Assembly (NCBI GenBank): GCA_963575745.1
Contig: CAUYUJ010000138.1
Location: 1-64,000, forward strand
Reading direction: 5' to 3'
Source of the DNA: Prorocentrum cordatum
Lineage: Eukaryota
Length of the DNA: 64,000 nucleotides
In this document: positions 26,824-39,200 of the stretch, piece by piece
How positions within the stretch are numbered: the stretch's first letter is position 1
Layout: each line of letters opens with the position of its first letter
Made by a program: the position numbers and the translations under genes
Notes under the pieces: model-generated
Seen by the model: only the letters and a program-made list of their open reading frames with translations
What the model was told of the DNA's origin: nothing
Database searches by the model: none

Positions 26824-27714
26824 GAAACGAATGCACACGCGCGCGTCGTCGCGCGCGCATGCCAAAATCCTCCAAAAATCGTTGGTTCGGAAGGACGTCA
26901 AAATCGAGTGTCAAAGCATATACAAAAACACAAGGTTTCGCAACACGGGTTTTCAACAAAAGCGTGCGCGCGCGTTTTTGCAAATCCTTAAGAGAACCAC
27001 AGGTTTTCAATATTTTCAGAACGTGCTACCAAACGGGCTTCGGGCGCGCGCGAACATGCGCGGGCTGGCGCGGCCGCAGAGATGCACCAGCCAGCGCCCA
27101 GCGCGAATCGCACTCGCCGACGCATGAGGTTTGCAAACCAAATTGCGGGAGGGTGGATGGGATGTTTCCGCGGGCAGTGGAGTGGACAACCCACTGCGAA
27201 TAGAAATTCATGCGGATTTTTCTCCTTATTAGAAACGAATAGGTTCTACCATCCTCCCCCCAGGTCAAACATTCCCCTCTTCGCATTACAATTTACATAC
27301 GATTCTGCCCCAGCGTCCATCTTAAAACTGTGAATTTACACTGTCCCAGGGGGGCCAGTACCGCGCCCCCGCCATCCTCTGCAACAGAAATATATGCGCG
27401 CACGCTCGTTTATCAAAAGTCACAAGTTTGCAATAATCCCTTGCGACAAACGAAACGAAGTGCACACGCGCGCGTCGTCGCGCGCGCATGCCGAAAACCT
27501 TCAAAACCGTTGGTTCCGGAAGGATCTCAAGATCGAGTTTCCCAAACACATACAAAAACACAAAGTTTCGCAACACGGATGTTCTAAAAAACCTTACGCG
27601 CGCGCGCGCCCTTGCGAAATCATAAGAAAACCATGGGATTTCAATATTTCCGAACATGCTACCAAACGGGCTTCGCGCGCGCGCATGTCGAAATCGTGCG
27701 AATGCCCTTGCGTG
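26620..27714 (+). repeat. Host repeat array, left part (interrupted by the transposon)
   Basis: Units with CACACGCGCGCGTCGTCGCGCGCGCATGCC.AAA at ~26834 and ~27463. The array continues at 40126. Confidence 0.85.
26732..26822 (+). repeat. 91-nt poly(A) tract
   Basis: Pure A run inside a repeat unit. Confidence 0.95.
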
Positions 27715-27819
27715 CTTGAATGACCGTCGGGGTTGCTATCTAGATAGGTGGTTTCGTATGCTGGATAGGTGGTTCTAAACCGTTTGTAGAACCACTTAGG
27801 AAGTGGTTAGGAACAGACC

Positions 27820-27895
27820 GAAACAGGTTAGCTAACCTAGTTTAGCTAACCTGTTTAGGGGTCGCCGTAAACAGTTTAGCTAACCTGTTTAGGGG
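27820..27895. repeat. Left subterminal repeats of the transposon
   Basis: GCTAACCTGTTTAG / AAACAG(G/T)TTAGC motif in both orientations. Confidence 0.85.
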
Positions 27896-28177
27896 CCCGC
27901 TTGAGGCCCCTTCCCAGACACCCAGAGAGAGGCACAACAACATCGACGACGACGAAAACGCCGAGAACGACGACGACAACGTCCCTCTCTCCGTGCATTT
28001 CCGCTGCTGCCTTGCCCTGCGAACGCCCCCGCGCAGAAACAGGTCAGGAGCGCCCGCCACGGGGGAGGGGCTGGAGGGCTAGGTGGGGGGAGAACGGACT
28101 GGGGGCGGCGGTGGAAATATGTCGTTCGCCTCTGCATGCAACGTCTTAGCAATGCTAAGTCCCACATCGCTGTGACA

Positions 28178-30185
28178 TCACAGCCCAGCCCTCTTGCGAA
28201 GCCTTGGGGGGAAAATGACCTGCGACATTTCCCCCGCTGAAACTGGGAAAAAAATACAAGATTCGATGATGCATGATGCTGGCATCATCTGTATATCATC
28301 GCACTTTACACACTTCGCAACGTTACCCACAACATCAGCTGTCCTCCAAACAGCTATGAGAGACTTCACTTCTGGCTGAAATGTTAGGCTGAAAAAACAA
28401 GCGACCTCTCCGAAGTGTATCGAGCCACTGCGCTCGAGTGCGACAACATCACCTACTTGAACACCCCTGCATTTTACGAAAGCTTTCCTACTGACCTTCA
28501 AGCTCTCGCGGGGCAACATACCTACGAATGGTTCTAACATCGCGCGGACTTGCTTGCTTGGTAAGCTGGGCTCATCGAGGTCGGGGCGAAGCAGCGGACG
28601 GTTCTCGAGCTCCCACAGGTGAAACGATGTTATCTCCTCTAGCATACCCTTTTCAAACGAGACAGTGTTCCTCCTACCCTGCGCCATGCGTTTGAAAACA
28701 CGATGTTTGCGCTCCTGCAGGAACGTCGTCAGTAGGCACTGCTGCCTCTGAAGCTGGTCTGGCAAATGTGTCCCGAAGTGGTCCTTTGGGACCCAAATCT
28801 CGGACGTATACGCAATCCTACGGAGGTTGATATGGGAACAGATCGCATCGCGGAGTTCGGCTGGGCTGACCACTCCGCTGTTGGATGTAAGCAACAAACC
28901 TACAACGCGGCACAGTGCAATGCAGCTCGCCACCTCGCCCTGAAGCACGCCCGTCCCCGCCACTACGTCCACGACAAACTTCTCGAGGACAGGCGCCAGC
29001 GACACCATCTCAGAAGCACTGCCTGACAGCTTCCCCTTGTGCAGAGCATTGACCCCGCTCGCGTAGGACCGAGGCCATGCCCACTGCTCGACATATTCGG
29101 TCAGCGCCGCGACGCCGAGCCTGTGGTCACTAAGCCGCTCAAGGAAGCACCATACTTCATTCGTAAACGTCCCCGTGATCATATAACAATGCATCCAGTC
29201 CCGCGCGAATACAGTTACCAGCGGTATGTCCAACTCAGGACATTGGAGTAATGATTGAGGCACGTAGTTGAAGCCGAAGAGCATTTCCATCCTCTCGAGC
29301 TCCTTCTTGGTGGAGTTCAGGCTGAGGTCGCGAAGCCTCTGCTGCGCGGATTTGACGGACGCGTCCGTGTGCAAGTCGAATCGTGTGATGTCTGTCTCAT
29401 GCATGGGTATGAGGTAGCCCGTGGGGTCGGGCAGGAGGTTGGACCTTGGCATGACGATGTTTTTGCACAGGAGGCAGGGTTTGATGCCTCCTGCCCCCTT
29501 TGCCTCCGTGACGAACTTATGCTCCCGCTCATCTTGGATGAGCACTTGCAGCGACCCGCGAACGAAGTGGGGCTGGCCGTTAATGAGCATCGTGACCCCA
29601 TGGCGGAGATCAGCACCATTCGGGCCGCCGAAAAAAATATGACAGAACCCGCCGCATCACATACGATATACCACCAGCTACGTTCTCCACCACTGACGAT
29701 CGCACAACTGACAAAGTAAACCAGGCCGTCTCGTTGGATAGAATGGGCCAACCGAGCTCACGCAACGACCAATATATTGCGCGTGCTTTTCGGTCCTGGC
29801 GGGACGCGAGGACGTTGCCTGGCACGATCTCGTCCGAATATAGAAGCACAGAGAGCACGCCGCCACTCTTCTCCAGGCGATCTAACAGTATTGCCTGGAA
29901 CTCTGCAGACGAACGGCAGCCAACCTCGAGGAAACCAAGCGGATGCTGGACCCAAATGTCGATAGGAGTGCCAGCAACGTCGATGGTAAAGGACTGCAGT
30001 AATGGACCGAAGCTGGTAGCTTGCTGGCACAGCGCAGCCCTGTGTCTAGCTTGGGTCTGCCTGGACCAAGCCTCTGGCAGACCTTCAGCGCTCACCTGGT
30101 CAAGGAGCGCCGCCATGGCTGAAGCGGTCATGTGTGATTTATTGCCGAAAGAAGTTAGTCTAGGTTTCTTCGTTGCGGCCGCCAT
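28178..30185 (-). CDS. DDE transposase, CMC (CACTA/Mirage/Chapaev)- or Plavaka-like, ~668 aa, split by a 1-nt frameshift
   Basis: Motifs in order: LLYSDEIVPGN (D1), LIQDEREH (D2), KPCLLCK (CxxC), DWMH, PKDHFGTHL (HxxxH), FLQERKHRVFK (E). Removing one base of the A7 run at 29631-29637 fuses the 191-aa and 470-aa ORFs. Confidence 0.82.
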
Positions 30186-30209
30186 GGCCGCAGCAAGAGA
30201 TATAAATTG

Positions 30210-30224
30210 GAGCCAAAATGGCTA
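30210..30224 (-). other. Spliced-leader relic upstream of the transposase
   Basis: TAGCCATTTTGGCTC, a 15/15 match to DinoSL, 24 nt before the ATG at 30185. Confidence 0.85.
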
Positions 30225-31050
30225 TATACGCTGGAGGAGGGGAGGAACTCGGTGGAGGAGGGATGACGGCAGGAACGGATTGGCATTGCGATGCACCGTC
30301 GCCCCCACGATTTGATTCGCATCGGCATCATGGTCAGAACGCAGAGTGCGGGGAGAGTCTCTATCTTGCTTCTGTCTTCTGCCCCCGTGTGTTAAGATTT
30401 ATTATCCTTCCCCTCCTCCTCCTCCTCATCCTCCTCCTACCCTTCCTCCCCCTCCTCCTCCTCCTCCTCCCCATCCTCCCCCTCTTCCTCCCTCCCCCCT
30501 ATCCCCCTCCTCGTCCTCCTCTATCCTCCCCCCTCATCTTTCGTTTGCGCTGTGATGCATGTTTAATGCGATGGTTGTGTTTGTCGGCGTGGTGGTCCCC
30601 CTCCGCTCGTTCTCCTAATAGGTTGCATGTCTTGTGTGTGTTTTTCTGTTTCAGGCACCCTTCGAACGCGCAGCTCATTTCCTATTGTGCAGTGTGTTTG
30701 CTTTTTTATGTTTTTGTTGGGGTGGTGCTTGGGGCTTGGAATCACCTGTGCAGTTTCGGATGCTTTTCTGTCGGCATTTGGGTTACAGTGTCGGTGGGTT
30801 GGTCTGCTGATTGGGCTTGTGGTATTAGGGGGTGGTGCTTGGCATGGCGTTATGTTTTCCATCACTGGCTGCCTTCGGAAACTGCGCTGTAGCGGCTCAA
30901 CGCACCGCGAAGATGAACTGTAGGCTCCTATAGAGCCCGCTCGCAAACCATGACTGTCACATTCGCGAAGCTCCCCGATACGCTATTGCAACTGGAATGC
31001 GCGGGCAGGCTGCAGCAGGCTGGTGTACATTGGAATGGTGCCTGCTCGCC

Positions 31051-32922
31051 TCAGGAAGGCCTGCGATAGTAATCAAAAACAGCCGCTGCCATCTGGTACG
31101 CCTGCTTGGCGCACTCTCCGACCTGCTTCGCGCTCAGCTTAGCATTCCCTGCGCGGGTCTTGGCCACGCCATATGCCCTGCTGGCGAATGCGTTCTTCGA
31201 CCTCGTGCCGATCTGCGATGGGTCGGTCGCGTCTTTCAGGCTGATGGTGGTGCCGCCGATCTTGATGACGCCTCGGGGGATGGCGCGGGCGGTAGAGGAG
31301 CAGGACCCCTCTGCTCCCGTTCCTCCTCATGTTCCTCCTCCTCCTCCCCATCCTCCCCATCTTTATCATCTGTTTCCTCCTCCTCCTCCTCCTCCTCCTC
31401 CTCCCCCTCCTCCTCATCGTCCTCCACCTCGTCTCCCTCCTCCCCTCTCCTCCCCCACATCATCTTTCCCCAGCGGGGCGCCTGAGACGCCGCAGGGCTT
31501 CGGGGCGACGGCTGGGTCAGCAGGCGCGGCCCGAGCTTTGGCCTTAGCCTTGCCCTTGGCCTGGCCCCTGGTCTTGCCCTTGCCCCTCCCCTTGCCCTTG
31601 CCCGCGCCCTTGGCAGCAGCCTTCTTGCCCTTGTCAGCGGCCTTCGCGGCGGCCGACTTGCCCTTCGGCGCCTTGTGCTGGAGGTGGCTGCCAGCAGCCG
31701 CGGCCGAAGCATTGAGCCTGCGCTCCAGGTCCCGCGCGGGGTCCTGGGCATCCTCAGCCTCTTCGGGTGCATCAGGTAGGTGGGCGGCAGGCGCTGGCAC
31801 CAAGGCATCAGCTGCATACGACTCCGCTGGCGATGTGCGCGGGGAAGGCTGGGGGGTACCAGTGCCAGCCGACCCTTGCGAGTCAGGGCCGCCACCGACG
31901 CCCATGGTCAAGGTCGCTGCGCTGAGAGTCCCGCGGCTGCTAGCTCGGCTCGCAACATCATCTGATTTGCGGGGCCGATCGAAGATCTGGATGCCTGCTG
32001 CCTCGGGTGGGCTGCTCAATGTGCTGGGGGGCTGCATCACCGCGTTGAACTGCCTGGCCATCTCCAACATCTGAGATAACTGCTGAAACATGCCAGGCAC
32101 ACTGCCCATCGGGCCCATCGGGCCAACGCTACCCAGTGTGGCGAGTGCTTGCGAGGATGATGATGCCGCGGGGTTAGGCTTGAACGAGCTGTGGGTGGTC
32201 CTGTACCCCCTGTCCAGAGTCAACTGCTCGATCCGCTGGAGGTCGAGGTCAGACGGGGGGTTCACGGGCGCGCCGTCTTCGTAGGCGAACGCCTTGACCG
32301 CTGCATCCAGGTCGTTCGGTCCGTTCGGGTAGGTGGTGATGTGAGCACCTGGCCACTTTGGCTTGGTGCGATCGAGCGCCTTGACCTGCGACTGCAGATC
32401 TGAGCACCACTTCTTGAAGGTCGACGCGTCGAAGGTCTTCTCCTCCTCGCACAGGCCAATCTCGCTCAGGATGTTGATGCCACGCACCAGCATCTTCTCG
32501 CCAGGGCAAGACGCCCCGATGCACCAAAACCTGTTCGCCATGACCACAATCTTGGCGAGCATGCTCTTGCCGCGGTCGCTGAACTGTACCCAGTCTGACT
32601 CGGTGAAGTAGTTGTGCAGGGTGGTGTTCTTCTGCTGCGCGCGCGGGCCGCCCTGCGTGCCAGGCGCGCCGATGGAGTCCCCCAACACTTGGGCGAGCGA
32701 CGCAACCTGGGCGCCAGTCCACGGGCCACGATTCAGCTCCTCAGTCAATGCCGTGGCGGACTCGTGCGTCATGGAGCGAACGGACCTGAAGTAGTTCGCC
32801 AGCGAGCGAGTCTGGGCGTCCAGCAAGGCCGGTCCAGGCACTCCAGCTGCGATCTGGGCGGTGATGAATGCTGCCCGCTGCCTCACGGCAGCCTGCGTCG
32901 TCGCGAGATCGGTCGACGCCAT
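31051..32922 (-). CDS. Transposon cargo gene 2, ~550-aa unknown protein with a Lys/Ala-rich basic tract
   Basis: Long open frame from ATG 32922. A predicted GC-AG intron at 31272-31490 joins KPCG to VIKIGGTTISLKD...KNAFASRAYGVAK...DYYRRPS* in frame. Confidence 0.75.
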
Positions 32923-32984
32923 AGTTGGTGGCGGCAGTCGGTCGCAGGTGGTGCGAGCGCAAGTCGATATAGGCAAAGTGGCGC

Positions 32985-33003
32985 GAGCCAAAATGGCTAC
33001 GGA
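32985..33003 (-). other. Spliced-leader relic upstream of cargo gene 2
   Basis: TCCGTAGCCATTTTGGCTC, a 19/19 match to DinoSL. Confidence 0.9.
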
Positions 33004-33831
33004 GGTAGGGGGAGGGCACGGAAGAGGAGGAGGAGGAGGGAGGGGATGGGGGCAATGCGGATGATGAGGAGGAGCAGCAGCATCAGGAGGAACAGGAGGA
33101 GCAGAAGGAGGAGGAGGAGGAGGAGGAGGAGGAGCAGGAGGAAGAGGGGGAGGAGCATGAGGAGCAGCAGGATGAGGAGTTGGAGCAGCAGCAGCAGGAA
33201 TATAGGTGAGGGGACGCGTACAACAATACGTTCAGATGCTGGCCCCAGGACTGCGAAATGGCGTAGGCGTTTGCCGCGTTTCTCGACCTCATCCACCTGC
33301 TCATCCGATCCAGCCCCTCATCATTCGCCTCCACTTAGTTCAGAGTGCTGAGCCAACTTGGGGGGGAAACGATTCTCCTCATCCCTCCCCCTCATGCTCG
33401 CCTCCCTCATCCCCCTCTTCGCCGCCCCTACCCTTATCATTCTGATCCTCGGCCTCCGTGTCCTCATCGCGCCATTCGACCTCCCCCCCCCTCGTCATCA
33501 CCCTCCCCCTCCCAATGCTCATCCTCCTCCATCCCTCGTCCTCACCCTCTCTCGCCCCCCCTCGTCGCCCCCCCCGCGTCACCCCCCCACTCCGCATCCC
33601 CAGGCTCATCCCTCCTCATTCTCGCTCTCCGCATCGCCCCTATTATGGCAGAGGAGGACGATATCAGCATATGAGGAGCGGCAAATTGGGGTAGGAAAGC
33701 TGCGAAATCTGATCTGGGAGAGTTGCCCGAGCTGCCGCCACCCAGGACCCCCCCCCTCCGCGGGCGGTGCACCGCCCCCTCGGCCTCTGGGGCAGCCGGC
33801 GGAGCTCGACACTCAGGGCGCCCGAACGCCC

Positions 33832-34021
33832 ATGAGCTCAACCCTGAGGAGGGTCGAGCGCATTTGAGCTCAACCCTCAGGAGGGTCGAGCGCATCCAGT
33901 CTATAAGGATTTCATCAGTTCCAAGTGCGCTCGACCCTCCTGGGGGTTGAGCGCATCTGAGTCGAACCCCCCCTGGGGGTTGAGCTCAAATGCGCTCGAC
34001 CCTCCTCAGGGTTGAGCTCAT
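33832..34021. repeat. 45-bp perfect inverted repeat built from ~32-bp subunits
   Basis: ATGAGCTCAACCCTGAGGAGGGTCGAGCGCATTTGAGCTCAACCC at 33832-33876 and its exact reverse complement at 33977-34021. Confidence 0.9.
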
Positions 34022-34397
34022 CTGGGCAGATTCGACGTCTCTGTGCGGGCAGGGCTCACGGTGCATGTGTTTTGCTCTCGCACCGCCACGTGTACATGAC
34101 AGATATCACGATAGCGACATGCATCCGACGCCCCATCCACGGTCAATTCGGGTGCGTCACTACCCTGGGAACGGGTGGCTAGGGATGGTAAAACGCAGCA
34201 TGCACTCACGATGCCTGTACTGGTGCACACCCCGCGCGACACGTAGCATGTCCCCTATATGCAGTGTCACGCAGCTACCACGGAGCAACGACACGAGCGC
34301 ATACACATTCAGAACTTAGCCAAACAAATTAAACATTGCATGCGGGCCACACCTATATGCGAGCGCGTGACCCACGCACGCACAGCGCACCATCAGC

Positions 34398-35204
34398 CTA
34401 TGCCGAGTGGTGCTGTTCGTAAAAGACCTGCAATACACGAGCAATCTTATCACACTGTGCCTGCATATCCTCATGAGTGTCACCCCTGACAGCCATTGTT
34501 TTATTGCACCACTTCTTGGCAGCCCTGTCATACCATCGAATTTTGCAAGAAGACCGATACGCCAACCACGAAACATTAGGCTCACGGATGGTAGGGTTAT
34601 ACACTTCTGGCGAGTCGGGTACACGAGGTTTGGCACGTATCAAGTTTACATTGGACGTCGTGAGCTCCATGGTAAGCTTAGTCCGCTCATACGCTGCAGT
34701 AAACACGCGCACGGAGTGTGACTGGCCGCGGTCGTCCTCGACCGTCACAGTCGCATACCCTGCTGAGACATCGGAGGTAAGATGCGAAGGCCACGGTAGA
34801 TGCAGGCGAGGAGGACAGGTATGAAAAACAACACAGGGGGGGATGATGAGTTGGAGGAGGTGGCACTTTGGGGAGGAGTCGTGGCCTTCGATCTCATCTG
34901 CCGCATGTTTCCTGGCCCTCTTGAGGGCGGGACCCTCCGACGCATCCTCGTCAGCAGCAGGATCGACGGTATCCTCATTGTCTTTCTCAACCATCATCTT
35001 GAGGCTAATCTGGTTCCGATGGCGCTTAATCTCGTCGATCATCGAAAAGTCATGGTTGACAAATTTTCGCAATCGTGCATCCTGCTTATCCAGCTCAATC
35101 CATCTTGTGTCGTGCGCATCGATCACAAAAGTAACCCACGACGTTGCCAAAGACGGCTCCTCTTGGCCAGAAATCACAACAACGTTGTCGTGAATTGCTG
35201 CCAT
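34398..35204 (-). CDS. Transposon cargo gene 3, ~226 aa, possible C-terminal AP2-like DNA-binding domain
   Basis: 268-codon ORF containing a predicted in-frame 126-bp GC-AG intron (34760-34885). The C-terminus reads NVSWLAYRSSCKIRWYDRAAKKWCNKTMAV followed by a helix-like segment. Confidence 0.7.
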   Translation of the reverse strand: MAAIHDNVVVISGQEEPSLATSWVTFVIDAHDTRWIELDKQDARLRKFVNHDFSMIDEIKRHRNQISLKMMVEKDNEDTVDPAADEDASEGPALKRARKHAADEIEGHDSSPKCHLLQLIIPPCVVFHTCPPRLHLPWPSHLTSDVSAGYATVTVEDDRGQSHSVRVFTAAYERTKLTMELTTSNVNLIRAKPRVPDSPEVYNPTIREPNVSWLAYRSSCKIRWYDRAAKKWCNKTMAVRGDTHEDMQAQCDKIARVLQVFYEQHHSA

Positions 35205-35249
35205 TGTCCGTGCTAAGCGTTGACTCCAGGAGCGAAATCCAGGCGCGAG

Positions 35250-35269
35250 CTTGAGCCCAGATGGCTACG
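35250..35269 (-). other. Spliced-leader relic upstream of cargo gene 3
   Basis: CGTAGCCATCTGGGCTCAAG, an 18/20 match to DinoSL. Confidence 0.85.
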
Positions 35270-36234
35270 ACATTCGAGGATCATCGGTATCATCATCATT
35301 AGCCTGGGGGGCTGTGTCATGGGGGGGCTCTCGAACTTCCTTAGGGGGATTGCGTCACGTGTCGCCTTCAGCCGACCATGGGAGCATATATTACATTACA
35401 ATACCTGATGATGGTTGACGTTTCTGATGGGGGTCGTGTCGCTACGGTGGGAGGGATGGTTGTTTAAGTGGGGGGTCGGGGTCTTCGGGCGTTTTGCGAT
35501 TCTTTAGGCGGTCGCATTTGTATTCGGCATTAGCTTCGCACGCCCATTGCGTGATCGCACTGTTTTGTCGATGCTCAACCCGACATCGGCCTTGCGTTTG
35601 CCACCCTCACCCCCCCCTCATGTCCCGAGAGCGCCGTTTCCCATCCCATGCCATCCTCGTCTTTATCATTCCCACCGTTTCCTCCCCTCCTCTCCCTTCG
35701 CTCTGCCACTAGCCTCTCGACTGTCGCTCCTTATAGCCGTTCTATGGACTCGGCTGTCTGGCAAACTGTGTGTACATGATGTCTGAACTCAGGCGCAAAC
35801 TAGTCCAACGAGCCGCGCATTACCACGAACCCTGGCCAATATCGCACCACCTACAAATACGCACAGCTCAACGGGTCGCGACTGATCGCGGATTCGGAGC
35901 ACGCGTAGCGATACCTATATTCCATGCGCTGGGTTGCGCGTGATAGACCGCGCGAAGCGCGAGCAACGCTGGGGAGCAACTGCGGCGTCCTCCTCGCAGC
36001 GCTCCTCCGAGCCGCTAGCAAAGAGAACTTGTGACTGGGAATCTGGGTTCGTGCCATGCCACGGGCGATGTCCGACCCCCATCCCCACACACGTGTTTGT
36101 GTATGTGCTTGTGTGTCTCGCGTGTTTGTTTATGTGCTTGCTTGTCTCCATGCACCCCCCATCGCGCGGCACGCCTCATGGCTACCTAAAAAACAACTGA
36201 ATGCGTCTCTCCGTCGCGAGCAGACGGTGGCACT

Positions 36235-39200
36235 TCATGAGTGCTTCTGCTTCTTCGAGGTCCCTGCGGTCGCACTGGCAGGTGCGTCCCTCTTGGCCGA
36301 GTCGGCCGACTTGTACAGGGCATCGCCTTTGGCGATGGCCTTATTGTTGAAGAGGGCAGGGACGCTGAATTCTTTGCTGGTGGATTTGCCCCTGCCCATA
36401 ATCTCGGCAGGCTGCCAGCGAATCGAAAGAGCACATGGAGTCATGTTCGCTGGGTGGCCATCTGTAGCCACGGGGACGCACCAAAATGGCACAACAAACG
36501 AGTGGGTCTCATCTGACCCATCGATTCTCACTGGCGTGGCAGCGTACGGCATCGCAAAGCAGTGCAAGTCATCAGGCACGCCGCACACGCCACGAAACTC
36601 AACTGCACTAGCGGGTACCTTTGCAGCGATCCCCACATTCGTGCTCAACGCAACTAGGATGAGCTGACCCTTCTCATACGACCGAGTCGCTACCACGGAT
36701 GGAGGCGTGGATTTCACACCCGTCTGAAACATCACACGCAGCTCGACCTTAGGCTCAAACATAGAAAAAGCAGCGGCGAGGGCCTGCTTGGCATCGGTCT
36801 TGATGTGGTCGATCACCCAGTCCTTGTGGTCCTGGGCGGGCGGCGCTGCACCCTCATACCGACCTCCAACGCAACTCACTCCTCCCCCTCCTCCTCTCCC
36901 TGCGTTCCCTGTCTCGGTGAGCAAGGTGTTATCCATATCCGTCCCCTTCATCGTTCTTCTCATCTTTATGTTGCGGCTGCTCCTCCTCATTATTGTCCGT
37001 CGGTGTACATGGTCCTCCCTATTCCTCCTCCTCCTCCCCTTCTCGTTCTCCCCCCCCTCCTTCTCTTCATCCTCCTCATCGTCCTTTTCCTGCTCCTCCT
37101 CCTCCTGCCCTTCCTCCTCCTCCTCCTCCTCCTCCTCCTCCTCCTCCTCCTCCTCCTCCCCCTGTACCCATCCTCCCTTCCATCCCTCCTCCCCATCATC
37201 CCTCCTCGACCTCCTCCCGAGCGCAGCAGTCCTTGGCCGAACAAGCCGTGGGACCGACGTCCACGATGGTGGTGATCTGTTTCGGCAGGGCCTGGCGGCG
37301 GCCGCCCCCCCCTCCTCTTCTCCCCTCCCCAGAGCCAGGCGTCTCTATAAAACGTGGTTTCCGTGGTTTCGAGGGATTGGCCTTGTCAGCCGTACAACTA
37401 CGGGAATCATTGCTATCGATGTATATATATCTATATATACATATAGCACTGGTTCCTGTAGTTGTACTACAAAAAAAAAAAAGCATTCGCCCCCCTCTCC
37501 TCATCCAACTTCCCACCCTGCACTCCGAAAGGCGGACGCGAAGTTGACAACGGATATCCTCCTCCTCCTCTTCCTTCTCTTCTTCCGCCCCCATCCTCCT
37601 CCTCCGCCTCCGCCTCTCCGTTTCCGTCCTCCTCCTCAGCCGCCTCTTCCTCCGTGTTGTCCTCTTCCTTCTCATCATCCGCCGTATCCTCCTCCGCTTC
37701 CTCCTCACCCGCCTCCTCCTCCTCGTCCTCCTCCTTCTCCTCACCCTCCTCCTCCTCCTTCTCCTTCTCCTCCCCCTCCTCCTCCCCTCCCTCTGTTCTC
37801 TCTCCCGCGTGGCTCAATGGCGGTGGCCTTGTAGTTGTCCACGAGGACGCCAGTCATGACCTCGGTCGTCTCCTCGGTGATCTTCTTGGGCTTCTTGGGG
37901 CCTACAACCGTCAACTTGGCGAGGCCGTTGCGGATGGACGAAATCTTCCACCTCTGCGGCCCGCCTGCAGCGAGCTCCACATCCACGCCGACCTCGAAAC
38001 CCATCGCCATCAGCGTGGCGTCGTCCACGCCCTTAGCCTCGAAGCCGCGCATCGCGAGCTCGACCACGCCCGCGCGCTTGATGTGGTTGGCAGCCTTCAC
38101 GTCGAAGGGGGGCTCGAGCTTCGCCGCGGCAGGGGCCAAGTCGTACACGTCATTCAGCAGCTGCGAGCCGATCTCATCCAGGGACTGCCACGCCTTTCGG
38201 GATCGCACCTTCTTGTTGAAGATAAACATCACGACGCGAACCTCGAAGTCGCCTGTCAGCTTGGCGACGTCGCTGTCTGTGAGGTTGCCCCTGAGCTCGG
38301 AGCTGTTCATGATCTCGCGCAGCCAGTCCTTGGCCTTGCGAAGCATGGTGATGAACGCGAGGACATTCTGCTTGCCCTTGCCCGTCACCGTGGCCATGTC
38401 CTGGCCGCTCAGCAGGGCCGATACGCCGTTCTTGCACATCGACTCAGGAGACACGAAACTGGCCTTCAGCATCGCGAACACAATCTCGGGACCTTGCACG
38501 AAGCGAAGGTCTGCAAGTAGTTTAAATGTAATCCCAGACACGTCCCTCCTCACCTTCAGGGTTTTTGCCCATGCGTCTAACTCAGTCAAATAGTTGCCAG
38601 AAGCACCGCCGCTCCAGTTGGCCACGAACGTGCAGATGGGCATGACTTGGCCAATCATGTGCGGCCTGTCATTCTCGATGGCCTTAGCTATGTTCTCCCA
38701 ACCATATTCGCCAGACACACGGAAGTTCCTCATCGCTTTCTGGTGCACTTCTAGCATGGTCTGCACTTTTGTTTGCACTCGCTCAGTGCCATGCCCACTG
38801 TTCAATGCTTCTTGAAGCCAGTCGGCCATTGATGGCCATTGCTTGTCCACTGAGGCGCGGATGACGATCCACTCCAGCCCGTTCTTGAGCGGATCAGCCA
38901 TCGCAGGGTTCGCGGCGGTGACCTTCGAGGATACCCCTCGCAACCCGAGGCGCTGCGCTTTCTCATTCACCGCCTCTGGCAGCGGCAATGGGAAAGCACA
39001 AATCGTGGCACTCGGGTTGGTAGGATGCATCCGCACCTTCTCAGGCGATAGCTTCCCGTCCTGCGAGAGCTCTGTCAAGTACGTCGATGCCCTGGCGCTC
39101 ACGGCGTTCAGCATGGCAACCGTGTGGCTGCTCGAGACCGTCGCGAACCTCACATCGGCCTGGTCTACTGGTGCCAACATGTTGTCGCTGCAGCGGTAGA

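Noticed and set aside
27850..27895. TTTAGGG as telomeric repeat
   Set aside because: Only isolated copies occur, within the transposon subterminal motif, with no tandem array.
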